39,755 nucleotides of DNA from positions 1-39,755 of the IMG/VR virus record IMGVR_UViG_3300037408_000299, one strand, 5' to 3'. The notes beneath the pieces were generated by a model. The model saw only the letters and a list, made by a program, of their open reading frames with translations. It searched no databases and was not told the DNA's origin. A program made the position numbers and the translations under genes. Position 1 is the first letter of the stretch. Each line of letters starts with the position of its first letter. Positions 25,236 to 33,415 of the stretch are shown here, piece after piece. Origin of the DNA: a virus. Taxonomy: Duplodnaviria > Caudoviricetes.

Positions 25236-25579
25236 TCCTCGAACGAGAACCGTCGCGTCGGCTTCGCAAGTACGACCGTGACGGGCGTCGCTGGTTCTTT
25301 CTGTGTCTTCGTTTTGCTCACGGCTGGCGGTCCCTGCACCTTGAACCGAACCTCGCGCTCGTCAAGTTGTCCGGCAACCTCGGTCGTGTGCTTGCATTTC
25401 CTGACGCCATGCTTTCGGAGCGAGAATATCCAGCCCTTGCAGTTGCAGGACATCGCGCCGTCGCGGTAGACCTTCGTCACGTAGAACGAGCCCGGTGACG
25501 ACGACGACTCGAACCTGAATTCCCGTATGACCTCTTTCTTCTTGAGGTCGGTGGCGAGTGCTTTGCCGATGTTGCTCAT
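25232..25579 (-). CDS. SWIM zinc-finger protein
   Basis: SSS...Y.T......SCNCKGW...CKH. Confidence 0.8.
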   Translation of the reverse strand: MSNIGKALATDLKKKEVIREFRFESSSSPGSFYVTKVYRDGAMSCNCKGWIFSLRKHGVRKCKHTTEVAGQLDEREVRFKVQGPPAVSKTKTQKEPATPVTVVLAKPTRRFSFEE

Positions 25580-25794
25580 GCGAGATGCTCCCGCTCCCAC
25601 GCGAGGCAAACCTCGCGAGATTCATGCGCGAAGACGGGCGCACCGTCCGGCAATCGAACCTGCCAGCATTGCGATGTCTCGTCGAACTCGACCGTCGAGG
25701 CACGCTCGATGGAGAGCGTGCCGAGCGTGCGCAGGTCGATGGCTTCGTCGTAGAGGCAACGAGCCGTTCCGTCGATGGCGAAGTTGAGTGTCAT
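25576..25794 (-). CDS. Small conserved partner of the DUF1257/DUF2997 module
   Basis: DGTARCLYDEAIDL..LG.L.I.RAS.VE...W.V...R...LAWE. Confidence 0.7.
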   Translation of the reverse strand: MTLNFAIDGTARCLYDEAIDLRTLGTLSIERASTVEFDETSQCWQVRLPDGAPVFAHESREVCLAWEREHLA

Positions 25795-25979
25795 TGCGAC
25801 CTCGTCTGCTTGCGCTCTGGGCTGGCAGCGTATTCTGGTTTCCGTTTGTTCGACGCGACGACACCGAGCGACTCTTCGAGGAACTTCGTCGCCTTCTCGC
25901 ATTCTGCGCCTTTGAAGCCCTGCGAGTCGATGGTGATGCTCCCGTCAGGAGCGACCTCAACGATGATGTGCTTGTCCAT
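25791..25979 (-). CDS. DUF2997 family protein
   Basis: I.VEVAPDG.I.I...GFKG.EC..AT..LE..LG......KPEY. Confidence 0.85.
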   Translation of the reverse strand: MDKHIIVEVAPDGSITIDSQGFKGAECEKATKFLEESLGVVASNKRKPEYAASPERKQTRSQ

Positions 25980-26410
25980 TAGCGGATTCCTCCGATGCGA
26001 AGTTGGACCGTCCCGTCTTTCTTCGCGACGCGCTGAACGCTCAAGCCCTTGCGCCGCGCTTCTTGCGTGGCCTTGTGGACGCCATACATCTGCACGAGGC
26101 GCGTGCAATCCTTCCCGAACGCCTTGAGCAATCCCTGTCCCGGCCCCCAAAAATCATAGGCGAGCACGTAGCCGTTGCCGCGCTTGACGATGCCAACCTC
26201 ATACTGAACGCCCGGCACTCTGATGACGTGGTCGCATTTGCCGAGGTCGCTCGCCTTCATGCCCTTCGGCAGAGGATAATCGCCGACCGAACGACCGTAC
26301 CACTTGTACGTCCTGACGTTCTCGACGAATTCTGCGCCGAGTTCTTTCACCGCGGCCTTGAGCGCGGCGAGGTCCTTGACCTCAACGTTGACCGTTGCGA
26401 CGTGTGACAT
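25979..26410 (-). CDS. DUF1257 (Ycf35-like) protein
   Basis: MSHVATV...DLAALKAA..LG...YEVG...Y.L..D.W...L.Q.Y...A...G. Confidence 0.8.
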   Translation of the reverse strand: MSHVATVNVEVKDLAALKAAVKELGAEFVENVRTYKWYGRSVGDYPLPKGMKASDLGKCDHVIRVPGVQYEVGIVKRGNGYVLAYDFWGPGQGLLKAFGKDCTRLVQMYGVHKATQEARRKGLSVQRVAKKDGTVQLRIGGIR

Positions 26411-26448
26411 AGGATGGCTCCTTGGTGGTGGTGGTGATGGTCTTCTCT

Positions 26449-27933
26449 TTATGATTCCATGCGCCGTGCGGTCGCTTGAAACGTCGGCTCGCTCTCGTGC
26501 TTGTAAAGACCGGGAGCGGCCGCATTGATGAACTTCTGCGACGCCTCACGAGAGAGGCGCTCAATCTGTTCCTTCGCGCTGACGCTGACCGGGACGATGT
26601 AGGTCGCCGCCTCGTTCAACTTGACGCGAAGCCGATGCGCGATGGTGCAGCAGTTCCGAATCTCAGCACCCGTCCAACCTTCGTCATTCGGCATCTCGGT
26701 CGCTGTTGGCTTGAGGCCGAACCTCTTGAAGTAGATGCGCCAGATGTTCTTGCGGTCGTCGGCACTCGGCAACGGAAAGAAGAACGTGCCGAACGAGAAC
26801 CGTCGCCGCAATTCCGGCGGTAGGATGCTGATGCTGTTACAGGTCGCGATGAAGAGCGTCTGCCCTTGCGAGACGGCATCGACGACTTGGAGCGCAGTGC
26901 GAAGCCGCTGCTCCGATTCGCCGACGAGCGAGCCCTTCATCCCGCCGAGGTCGAGCGCGATGGTCGGTATGCCGGCCTCGTTGCCCGTTGCTTTCGCGAT
27001 GGCTGACTTGCCGGAACCGGGAGGGCCAATGAGAATGACGCCCGATGCCTCTTTGTCTTGCATGAACGTCAGCAGCGTTCGCAGATAGTCTTGCGAGACG
27101 CCCGACGAATCGGTCCCGCTCGCGGCCATGCTCTTCTCGATTTCGTCGATGAAGACGATAGCACGCGGCGGTTGCTCGCCATTGCAGACGGCCTTGAGGA
27201 ACTTCTTTGCGTTCGAGTAGCCGCCGACATCCTCGAACGTCTCGCCGCCACGCCAGACCGACAGGCCCGGCGTCTGCTCAATCATGCGGCGCTTCCGTTC
27301 CCACAATCCGTCGTGGTCGAGCCCCTCTTTCGAGACGGACATTGCGAGCACTTGCTCCGCGCCGAACGCCGACAGACCGAGCAACGTGTCGTGGACCTTC
27401 TTGCGGTCGCCGATGGCCTTCGACGTCAGCCCCGCATCCTTCGTGATGCTCTCGATGATGCCGTCCACTTCTTCGGACGTCGGGAGCGTATCGGTCAGCG
27501 TCACGACGTCATTCTTGAGCACCGCCGGAGCATTGACGCCGACTGGAACCAATGCGAGCAGCGTCGAGCCGGTCGTCTTGAAGAGGTCGCGCAGATTCCA
27601 GATGGCCTGCACGACGGGCTCCATGTTCCAGAACAGGTGCAGATTGTGGCAGAAGATGACCGCCCGCTCCGGCCACTTCTTCCCGTAGAACGACGTGAGG
27701 AAGTCGGTCGCGTTCAGCGTGTCGAGCGAAGAATCAAAAAGCGCCTCGATGGTCTGCTTGCCGACCTCGTTCACGCCCTGAGCGCCGCGTGCGACGTCCC
27801 ATTGCACGAGCGCGAACTTCTCCGCGCCGCCGTTCATGTCCTTGATGACGTTCTGGATGGTCTGCGTTGCGTCGCTCGTCTCAACGATGACGAGCGGGAC
27901 GCCTGCGCGACGTACTGGTCGAATACTAATCAT
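26449..27933 (-). CDS. Ycf46-like AAA+ ATPase with Walker B segment preceding Walker A
   Basis: Order in the protein is DVGG, IVFIDEIEK (Walker B), GPPGSGKS (Walker A), SLVGESE, IATCN, LPPELRRRF, GWTGAEI. Confidence 0.9.
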   Translation of the reverse strand: MISIRPVRRAGVPLVIVETSDATQTIQNVIKDMNGGAEKFALVQWDVARGAQGVNEVGKQTIEALFDSSLDTLNATDFLTSFYGKKWPERAVIFCHNLHLFWNMEPVVQAIWNLRDLFKTTGSTLLALVPVGVNAPAVLKNDVVTLTDTLPTSEEVDGIIESITKDAGLTSKAIGDRKKVHDTLLGLSAFGAEQVLAMSVSKEGLDHDGLWERKRRMIEQTPGLSVWRGGETFEDVGGYSNAKKFLKAVCNGEQPPRAIVFIDEIEKSMAASGTDSSGVSQDYLRTLLTFMQDKEASGVILIGPPGSGKSAIAKATGNEAGIPTIALDLGGMKGSLVGESEQRLRTALQVVDAVSQGQTLFIATCNSISILPPELRRRFSFGTFFFPLPSADDRKNIWRIYFKRFGLKPTATEMPNDEGWTGAEIRNCCTIAHRLRVKLNEAATYIVPVSVSAKEQIERLSREASQKFINAAAPGLYKHESEPTFQATARRMES

Positions 27934-28403
27934 GACGATTGCCCTTTCTCGAATGGTCTGTTCTGAGAGTAGCCGATGGAATCCTCGCTGACGAATCGCT
28001 CTTTCCATCCTATCGGGAACCGGTAGCGCGGATTCACGACGGCCCACAGATGGAACTGATTCGCCGAGTCAACAAGACGACTCTCGGCTGGATAGAGTTC
28101 GACGGCCTCGCATTCCGGGCCGACGAGTTCGCTCTTGATGCGCTGCAGGTCTCGCCAGTCGTGAATCGGTTGACGGTCGAGCCGCTTGATGGACAGGTGC
28201 AGCATATCGTCGCGGTCCGGTCCTGCTTTTTCGAGCCGCCGGACGACGACGTGGTAAACGTCGTTGCAATAATGCGCGACGTTCTCCGTCTCGCGTGCAA
28301 CGAGCCGCTGCGCTTCGTCCATCGAAAGCCCGCGCTTGATGAGCGCGGCGATGGCCGCCTTGAGCGACGCAGGCGTGACCTCTGCTGGTCTGAGCGGCGT
28401 CAC
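27930..28403 (-). CDS. Conserved phage protein (DUF7694-like)
   Basis: HLSIKR.D..PIHDWRDLQRIK.ELVGPECEAVELYPAESRLVD.ANQ.HLW; GTG start at 28403. Confidence 0.75.
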   Translation of the reverse strand: MTPLRPAEVTPASLKAAIAALIKRGLSMDEAQRLVARETENVAHYCNDVYHVVVRRLEKAGPDRDDMLHLSIKRLDRQPIHDWRDLQRIKSELVGPECEAVELYPAESRLVDSANQFHLWAVVNPRYRFPIGWKERFVSEDSIGYSQNRPFEKGQSS

Positions 28404-28720
28404 GAGCCCACCTCCATCAGTTGCGTCAGATACGGATGCGCCGCTCGGAACGTCGCGAGCGCCCGCTCGCGCACGAACGGCAGGAGCCGCTTCGCACTCT
28501 TCGCCAGCGAGCGCATCGCGTGGGCTTTCGTCGGGAAGTCGGCATACAGCACGCCGGGGATTTCGACGTGCTGCCGCTTCGTGTCCGGGTCGTAGAACGT
28601 GAAGCCCGCCTTGACCTTGCCGAGCAGGATGTTGTCGCCGTCCATCTCGAAGATACCGGGCCGCTCGAAGAGCGATGTCGGAAGGACGTCGGAGAGGTGA
28701 ACGAATTGATTGCGTGACAT
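28400..28720 (-). CDS. Hypothetical protein (106 aa)
   Basis: GAGG SD; coupled to the downstream gene. Confidence 0.65.
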   Translation of the reverse strand: MSRNQFVHLSDVLPTSLFERPGIFEMDGDNILLGKVKAGFTFYDPDTKRQHVEIPGVLYADFPTKAHAMRSLAKSAKRLLPFVRERALATFRAAHPYLTQLMEVGS

Positions 28721-28750
28721 GGGGAACCTCGTAGAGTAAGTGGTGGATGG

Positions 28751-28987
28751 TTAAAAGATGGGAAGCAGCCAACCGGGCGCGAGAGCGTCGCCGTGCAATG
28801 TCCCGCAATCGAGGCACGACCCGGCGTGTTCGTCCTTCATCTCAATCGGACCGCCGCAAAGACCGCAGACAGGCAGCCCGTCCGTCTCGCAAGTATTGAA
28901 CGCGTCATACATGCGGACGGCGTTCAACACCGTCGGCTCAAGTGCCATGCCGCTGGCTTCCATACGGACGTCGTGGAGAGTGGTCAT
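28751..28987 (-). CDS. Zinc-ribbon protein
   Basis: CGLCG...CLDCG; ATGA overlap. Confidence 0.6.
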   Translation of the reverse strand: MTTLHDVRMEASGMALEPTVLNAVRMYDAFNTCETDGLPVCGLCGGPIEMKDEHAGSCLDCGTLHGDALAPGWLLPIF

Positions 28988-29406
28988 TGTCCGGCCTCCA
29001 TCCAGAACACTTCCAGCCGCTTGTTTATCCACTCCGCCATTTCCCGCACCTTTCCGTAGCCCGTGGAGTGCGATACGTCGTACTTGTTCTTGTATATCTC
29101 CCCGAATTGCGCGGTGTCGATTGTCGGGGCGTTGATGGTCGTTTGCTCCCATTCGACGGCGCAGATGTTGTCCGAATTGCGATGCTCGAAGAATGCGATA
29201 TTGAGTTGCCTGTTTCCGCCTTTCGAGCGCAGGGATAGCACGTAGCCCTGTTCCCTGCAATTCTCCCATCGGGCAATCGTAATATCTGCAAGGCATCGTT
29301 TCTGAGCGTCATCCCAACTGCAATCCATCTCTGGCTCAATGAAACAAAGAACTGCGCGGGCCTGTTGGTTGGCTCCGTCGTTGTGGTAGTGTCTGAGTTG
29401 TGTCAT
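28984..29406 (-). CDS. Conserved hypothetical phage protein
   Basis: RWENCREQGY...IAFFEHRNSD motif, AAAGGA SD, lower GC than neighbours. Confidence 0.7.
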   Translation of the reverse strand: MTQLRHYHNDGANQQARAVLCFIEPEMDCSWDDAQKRCLADITIARWENCREQGYVLSLRSKGGNRQLNIAFFEHRNSDNICAVEWEQTTINAPTIDTAQFGEIYKNKYDVSHSTGYGKVREMAEWINKRLEVFWMEAGQ

Positions 29407-29429
29407 CGTGTGTCCTTTCGTGTGAGAGG

Positions 29430-29735
29430 TTAGAGATAGCGCCGCTTGGCAACCGCGCCGTCTTCGCAACTCCGGCAATGTTCGTAGTCGCGCTCGGCTT
29501 GGTTCTCTCCGCAGCACGTTCTTCCGACAACCGTGCCGAAGCACGAATCCTTCTCGAACGGGATGACATCGTAGCCCGTCGGGATGTCGTTGCCGCAGTA
29601 GGGACACAGCCACGGCGTGAAGATGACCAGCGTGCCGTTGCACTTCGGACAATCTTCATACTCTGGCGGCTCCGGTGTTCGGTCGCGCATCGCCTCGTTG
29701 AGACGTTGGTTGTGATGATGGGTGTGGTCGCTCAT
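29430..29735 (-). CDS. Cys-rich zinc-finger protein, first early gene
   Basis: CPKC, CPYC, CC and CRSC motifs. Confidence 0.6.
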   Translation of the reverse strand: MSDHTHHHNQRLNEAMRDRTPEPPEYEDCPKCNGTLVIFTPWLCPYCGNDIPTGYDVIPFEKDSCFGTVVGRTCCGENQAERDYEHCRSCEDGAVAKRRYL

Positions 29736-29865
29736 GGGGAAGCCTTTCAGAAGATGAAGCGTGAGTGAATGTGAAGCAGTGGGTTGGTAGTGCGTTGTGA
29801 CCGGAAGAGTCTTTAGAACTTGTCCGGCCTTCCAAGCAGTGGCCTTCTCGCAACGAGCCGTTTGT

Positions 29866-30142
29866 CCTAACGTCTAATATCCAGAATCATTTAACTCAAG
29901 GGCAGGTGCTTCTCCGGTCGGACAGGACCGCCGGACCGCCTGCTGACTCCTTCATGCGTCAGGGGACGACTCGCATCGCTCGACGGGTTTTATCATGCCC
30001 GCATGATGAGCGATTGCGCGTTTGTCGTGTCTGCTTGGCGACGCTGCGTTCGGTTCGGGGTCGGGACTGATTCGATTCTCAGGCGCTCGCTGCGCTCGGG
30101 GAGAACCCGTTGCCCTTCTGGCCTACTTGCAGACGTCTCAGG
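29866..30142 (-). ncRNA. Putative ~280-nt structured RNA in the early leader
   Basis: No ORF of 60 aa or more in the track. Nested long-range helices: 30142-30130 with 29876-29866, 30121-30116 with 29886-29881, and 30117-30111 with 29904-29898, plus internal hairpins. Confidence 0.6.
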
Positions 30143-30154
30143 TTGTCAAAGAAC
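30143..30154 (-). promoter_or_regulatory. boxA-like antitermination element
   Basis: GTTCTTTGACAA resembles rrn/lambda boxA (GCTCTTTAACA) and lies ~20 nt downstream of a putative -10. Confidence 0.55.
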
Positions 30155-30173
30155 CGCTTGATTGCTTGGGTAT

Positions 30174-30207
30174 AAGATAGAAGAGAGGGATGAGAAAAGA
30201 AAGTAAA
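30174..30207 (-). promoter_or_regulatory. Putative early promoter in AT-rich region
   Basis: -10-like TATCTT at 30179-30174 in a markedly AT-rich stretch; the -35 is poor. Confidence 0.45.
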
Positions 30208-30279
30208 ATCGGAAAAAATAACAGTCAGAAAGCCCAATGGTTATTAGGCGTTCTGGCCTTTCTTTACTTTCTATCTCGG

Positions 30280-30356
30280 AAAAGGGCGGCGTCCGGCTCT
30301 AGGGCGAGACCGGTGGACCGGACCGGGAGCGACGGAGAGCCGCTCGCCGGACGCCG
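30280..30356 (-). terminator. Branched hairpin plus short U-tract ending the late operon
   Basis: GGCGTCCGGC (30355-30346) pairs with GCCGGACGCC (30297-30288), encloses smaller hairpins and is followed by GCCCTTTT. Confidence 0.5.
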
Positions 30357-30361
30357 AGGAA

Positions 30362-31318
30362 TCAGAGCGTCGAGCCGATACCGATGCGGAGACCGCTCGA
30401 TGGCCCGAAGGCGTAGTGCGCCGAGAGGTAGGCGTCGCGCACGAACGGAATGACGTGGGAGAGATTCGCCCGCACGCCGACGACGACGTGCAGACATTCG
30501 AGGTCGGCAGCGATACCGACCGATGGGAAGCGAGCGACGATATTCTGCAGAGCCGGGCCGCCCGTTGAATACGAGAACGGCGTCAGGACGAGCGCCGCCT
30601 CGCGGCTGTCGCCGAGGAACAACTTGTCGAGCGAGACGGCCCAGTCGTTCCAGAGCCAGCGGCGGCGGTCCTCTTCAGGAGCGATGACCGCGACGCGCTC
30701 CTTGCGATAGTCAGGCAACGACATGGTCTTCGATGCGTCACGCAGCGAGCGCAATCGGACCTGATAGACGTCGAAGAGTTTGCCGTCCTTGTCGAGCAGC
30801 GTCGTCGTGATATCCTCGACGCCCATCTTCATCTCGTAGGACAGATTGTAGATGCGGAACACGGTGTCGGGTTCGACGATGGCCGTGAGCCATTCATCCT
30901 CATACCATCCGTCGATGTTCGTCTCGCCTTCGTCTGCGATGACGACCGTGCCTTTGCCGGAGATGACCGAGACGACGCGAGCATGGCGCTCGGTCAGCGA
31001 GTCGATAACGCGCCAATAAGCGGCGTCGCGCTCGGCGTCGGCACGTTTCACCGAATCGACGAAGCGAGCAAAGTCGGTTGCCTCGGCAAGATAGAGCGCC
31101 TGCATTTGATTGATGCCGTCATGCAGTTGCCGGAACTCTCGCGAGTAGTCGCGTTCGCGAAGCGCGGGACGATACTCGGCCGGCGTCACGAACCACGCCA
31201 CGCCGAGCGTCGCAAGAACGGCGATGACCTTCGGAACGATGCCGATGCGAAAGACCTCTGCGACGACACGTGCGAGAATACCGAACAGCCACACGCCGAA
31301 CTTCTTAAGCGTCTTCAT
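30362..31318 (-). CDS. Putative spanin-like protein (N-terminal TM, coiled coil, C-terminal amphipathic beta strands)
   Basis: Last gene after the endolysin. TM VIAVLATLGVAWFV; C-terminus YLSAHYAF...GLRIGIGSTL; no lipobox seen. Confidence 0.5.
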   Translation of the reverse strand: MKTLKKFGVWLFGILARVVAEVFRIGIVPKVIAVLATLGVAWFVTPAEYRPALRERDYSREFRQLHDGINQMQALYLAEATDFARFVDSVKRADAERDAAYWRVIDSLTERHARVVSVISGKGTVVIADEGETNIDGWYEDEWLTAIVEPDTVFRIYNLSYEMKMGVEDITTTLLDKDGKLFDVYQVRLRSLRDASKTMSLPDYRKERVAVIAPEEDRRRWLWNDWAVSLDKLFLGDSREAALVLTPFSYSTGGPALQNIVARFPSVGIAADLECLHVVVGVRANLSHVIPFVRDAYLSAHYAFGPSSGLRIGIGSTL

Positions 31319-31881
31319 GTCGTCGCCTTGCAGTCGATGTGGATGCAGTTATTCTTTCGCTCGACGAGGAAGCCGACCATGCCCGGCGGCTTCGCAATAT
31401 CCACGACGGCATTGATGACCGCGAGTTCATTCGAGACGTCGTGGTCGGGACCGCCGCCGATGTCGAAGCACGTGCCGTTGAAATGCGCCGACGGCGGGAT
31501 GATGCGGCCCTTCTTGTTGACACCGTCCTTCCAGTAATCGAACAGCACTTCTGCGCGGAGCGGCGGGTTGATGATAACGCCGCGATTCAGGAGCGCCGAC
31601 CAGACGGGCTGCCACGCATAGACCTGACGACCTTGGAAGTCGATGGCTGCCTCGACGTCCGGCTTCATCATGTCGGGATAGTCTCTCGCCAGTCCGAACC
31701 GAACGGCATAGTGCCGAATGATGCTGAGTTGCTGCTCGGCCGTTCTGAGCCCCGACGTGACGACGGCCGGATTCGACTCGAACCATGTGTCGAGCGCGTG
31801 GATGACCGGGTCGATAACGTCCGTCAGAACGACGCCCGCATTGACGGTCAAGAAGCGGTTGCTATCGGAGAGCCACGTCAT
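31315..31881 (-). CDS. Endolysin, peptidase M15-like
   Basis: VTSGLRT, SAHFNGTCFDI (SxHxxGxxxD) and CIHID Zn-ligand motifs; ATG 31881. Confidence 0.8.
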   Translation of the reverse strand: MTWLSDSNRFLTVNAGVVLTDVIDPVIHALDTWFESNPAVVTSGLRTAEQQLSIIRHYAVRFGLARDYPDMMKPDVEAAIDFQGRQVYAWQPVWSALLNRGVIINPPLRAEVLFDYWKDGVNKKGRIIPPSAHFNGTCFDIGGGPDHDVSNELAVINAVVDIAKPPGMVGFLVERKNNCIHIDCKATT

Positions 31882-31883
31882 GA

Positions 31884-32285
31884 CTAGACTCCCGCGTCGG
31901 CCTTCGCCTTCGCCGCTAGTTTCGCGGTCGCGACGAATCGGTCGAACACCCACGCTGCACCCATTGACTGAGCGGCCGAGGTTCCTATCCAATCAATCCA
32001 GCCCGAAGGTCCGGCGTGCATTCGACTCCCGCCCTCGATGACGGACGAAATGAGGCCGTAGTCCCACGCCCAACATGCGAACAGACCGACGAGGAACGAG
32101 ATGAATCGGATGGTCGGGCCGTCGAGCGCCTGTCCTTTGAAGAGCGAGAAGAGCAGGTTGCGCACGAGCGTCGTGATACCGACGAACGAGAAGTCTTTGT
32201 AGACCTCGACGATGGCCGAGATGAAGATGATGAATACGCCGAACTTGACGAGCGCGGCGAAGAGTGGACCCATAATGCCTTCCAT
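31884..32285 (-). CDS. Putative holin (multi-TM)
   Basis: About three hydrophobic segments and a basic C-terminus; adjacent to the endolysin. Confidence 0.6.
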   Translation of the reverse strand: MEGIMGPLFAALVKFGVFIIFISAIVEVYKDFSFVGITTLVRNLLFSLFKGQALDGPTIRFISFLVGLFACWAWDYGLISSVIEGGSRMHAGPSGWIDWIGTSAAQSMGAAWVFDRFVATAKLAAKAKADAGV

Positions 32286-32293
32286 GACGGCTC

Positions 32294-32662
32294 CTATCGT
32301 TTGCGACGACGACGCGGCGGGATGTGAATGTCCCGTCCTGATACGCGAATGTCGTCGCGGGTGATTTGACGCTCCATCGCGAGCGAGAGATTGTGGCTGA
32401 CCTTCTCGAGCCGCTCCCGGCTCTCGCGGAATCCCTCGATGTTCGTATTCTTGATTTCGACGAGGTGCTCGTTCATCTGCCGCGTCTGTTCGGCGATGAC
32501 GGCCAGCGACGCCGCGATGCCCTTCGCCGAGCCGTTCAGGTCTGACGGTCGCACCGGAACGACGCGCTCGATGATGCGGAGCGTCAGATAGAGAATGCCG
32601 CCCGTCGGGATGCTGGCAGCCATGATTTGCACCCACAACGGGGCATCGGTGAGGAACTCCAT
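32294..32662 (-). CDS. Single-TM coiled-coil lysis-region protein
   Basis: N-terminal hydrophobic segment, coiled coil and RRRRKR tail. Confidence 0.55.
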   Translation of the reverse strand: MEFLTDAPLWVQIMAASIPTGGILYLTLRIIERVVPVRPSDLNGSAKGIAASLAVIAEQTRQMNEHLVEIKNTNIEGFRESRERLEKVSHNLSLAMERQITRDDIRVSGRDIHIPPRRRRKR

Positions 32663-32666
32663 CGCG

Positions 32667-33065
32667 TCACCTGAACAGTTTCTGAATGAACGCCAGCAAC
32701 CATGCGTTGAGTTGCTTCCACTCTTCCCATTGCGCCCGCAGTTCAACGAGCGGGCGCTTCATGACCAAAAAGTGATACGTGACGGCCTTCGTCGGCAATG
32801 CGACGGCAAAGAACCAGACGAGCGACCAATCGAGAGCCCCGCGTCCGGCGACGTAAGCAGACGCCATGACGACGAGGTCCGCATTGTGCCAGAAGTCGAG
32901 CGGGAACGGGCCGAGATATTTCTCCGTGTCGCTCCATGCCCGGTAGAACCGATTGCGCTCATACCACAACTCGACGCCGTCCTCTTGCGAGAGAGCGCCC
33001 CACAGGTCGCGGTCGCGAAGCGCCTTGAACATTCCGGCGAGAAACGAAAAGAGGACGACCGTCAT
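32667..33065 (-). CDS. Membrane protein
   Basis: Hydrophobic segments and a DFWH motif; in the lysis region. Confidence 0.6.
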   Translation of the reverse strand: MTVVLFSFLAGMFKALRDRDLWGALSQEDGVELWYERNRFYRAWSDTEKYLGPFPLDFWHNADLVVMASAYVAGRGALDWSLVWFFAVALPTKAVTYHFLVMKRPLVELRAQWEEWKQLNAWLLAFIQKLFR

Positions 33066-33415
33066 GGTCGCACCTCGCGGGGTTCGCTGGAACTTGCCTG
33101 ATGCTGGAGCATGAACGAGTAAACCTCGCTTGCTTTCGTCACGGCGTCACGGATGAACCAGCCGCCGAGCAGCGACAGGATGACAAGGCCGCCGACGATG
33201 GAGCCGCGCCAGACTTCCAGACGGCGCACGCGCCCATTCTGCTCGTTCAAACGGTTCACGACGTTCTCGACCGCGGTGCGCGTCGCCGCGATGTTCGTGT
33301 TCATGAGTTCCAGCGTCGGCGGTTGCGCCGCCGTAAAGCCCCGGACTTCCAGCGCCAGAGCGTTTACTTGTCTGGTGAGTTCGTCGAATTGCGTCTTGGC
33401 GGTTTCTCGCATCAC
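33062..33415 (-). CDS. Coiled-coil protein with C-terminal TM (lysis region)
   Basis: QNGRVRRLE.W followed by TM GSIVGGLVILSLLGGWFI. Confidence 0.65.
   Translation of the reverse strand: MMRETAKTQFDELTRQVNALALEVRGFTAAQPPTLELMNTNIAATRTAVENVVNRLNEQNGRVRRLEVWRGSIVGGLVILSLLGGWFIRDAVTKASEVYSFMLQHQASSSEPREVRP

Noticed and set aside
29774-29842. 9-nt direct repeat AAGCAGTGG (29774-29782 and 29834-29842) as a mini-array
   Set aside because: Only two short copies, too little to call an array or iterons.
32270-32285. Lambda-style dual-start holin/antiholin (MEGIM)
   Set aside because: The extension has no positive charge, so there is no support beyond two nearby Met codons.
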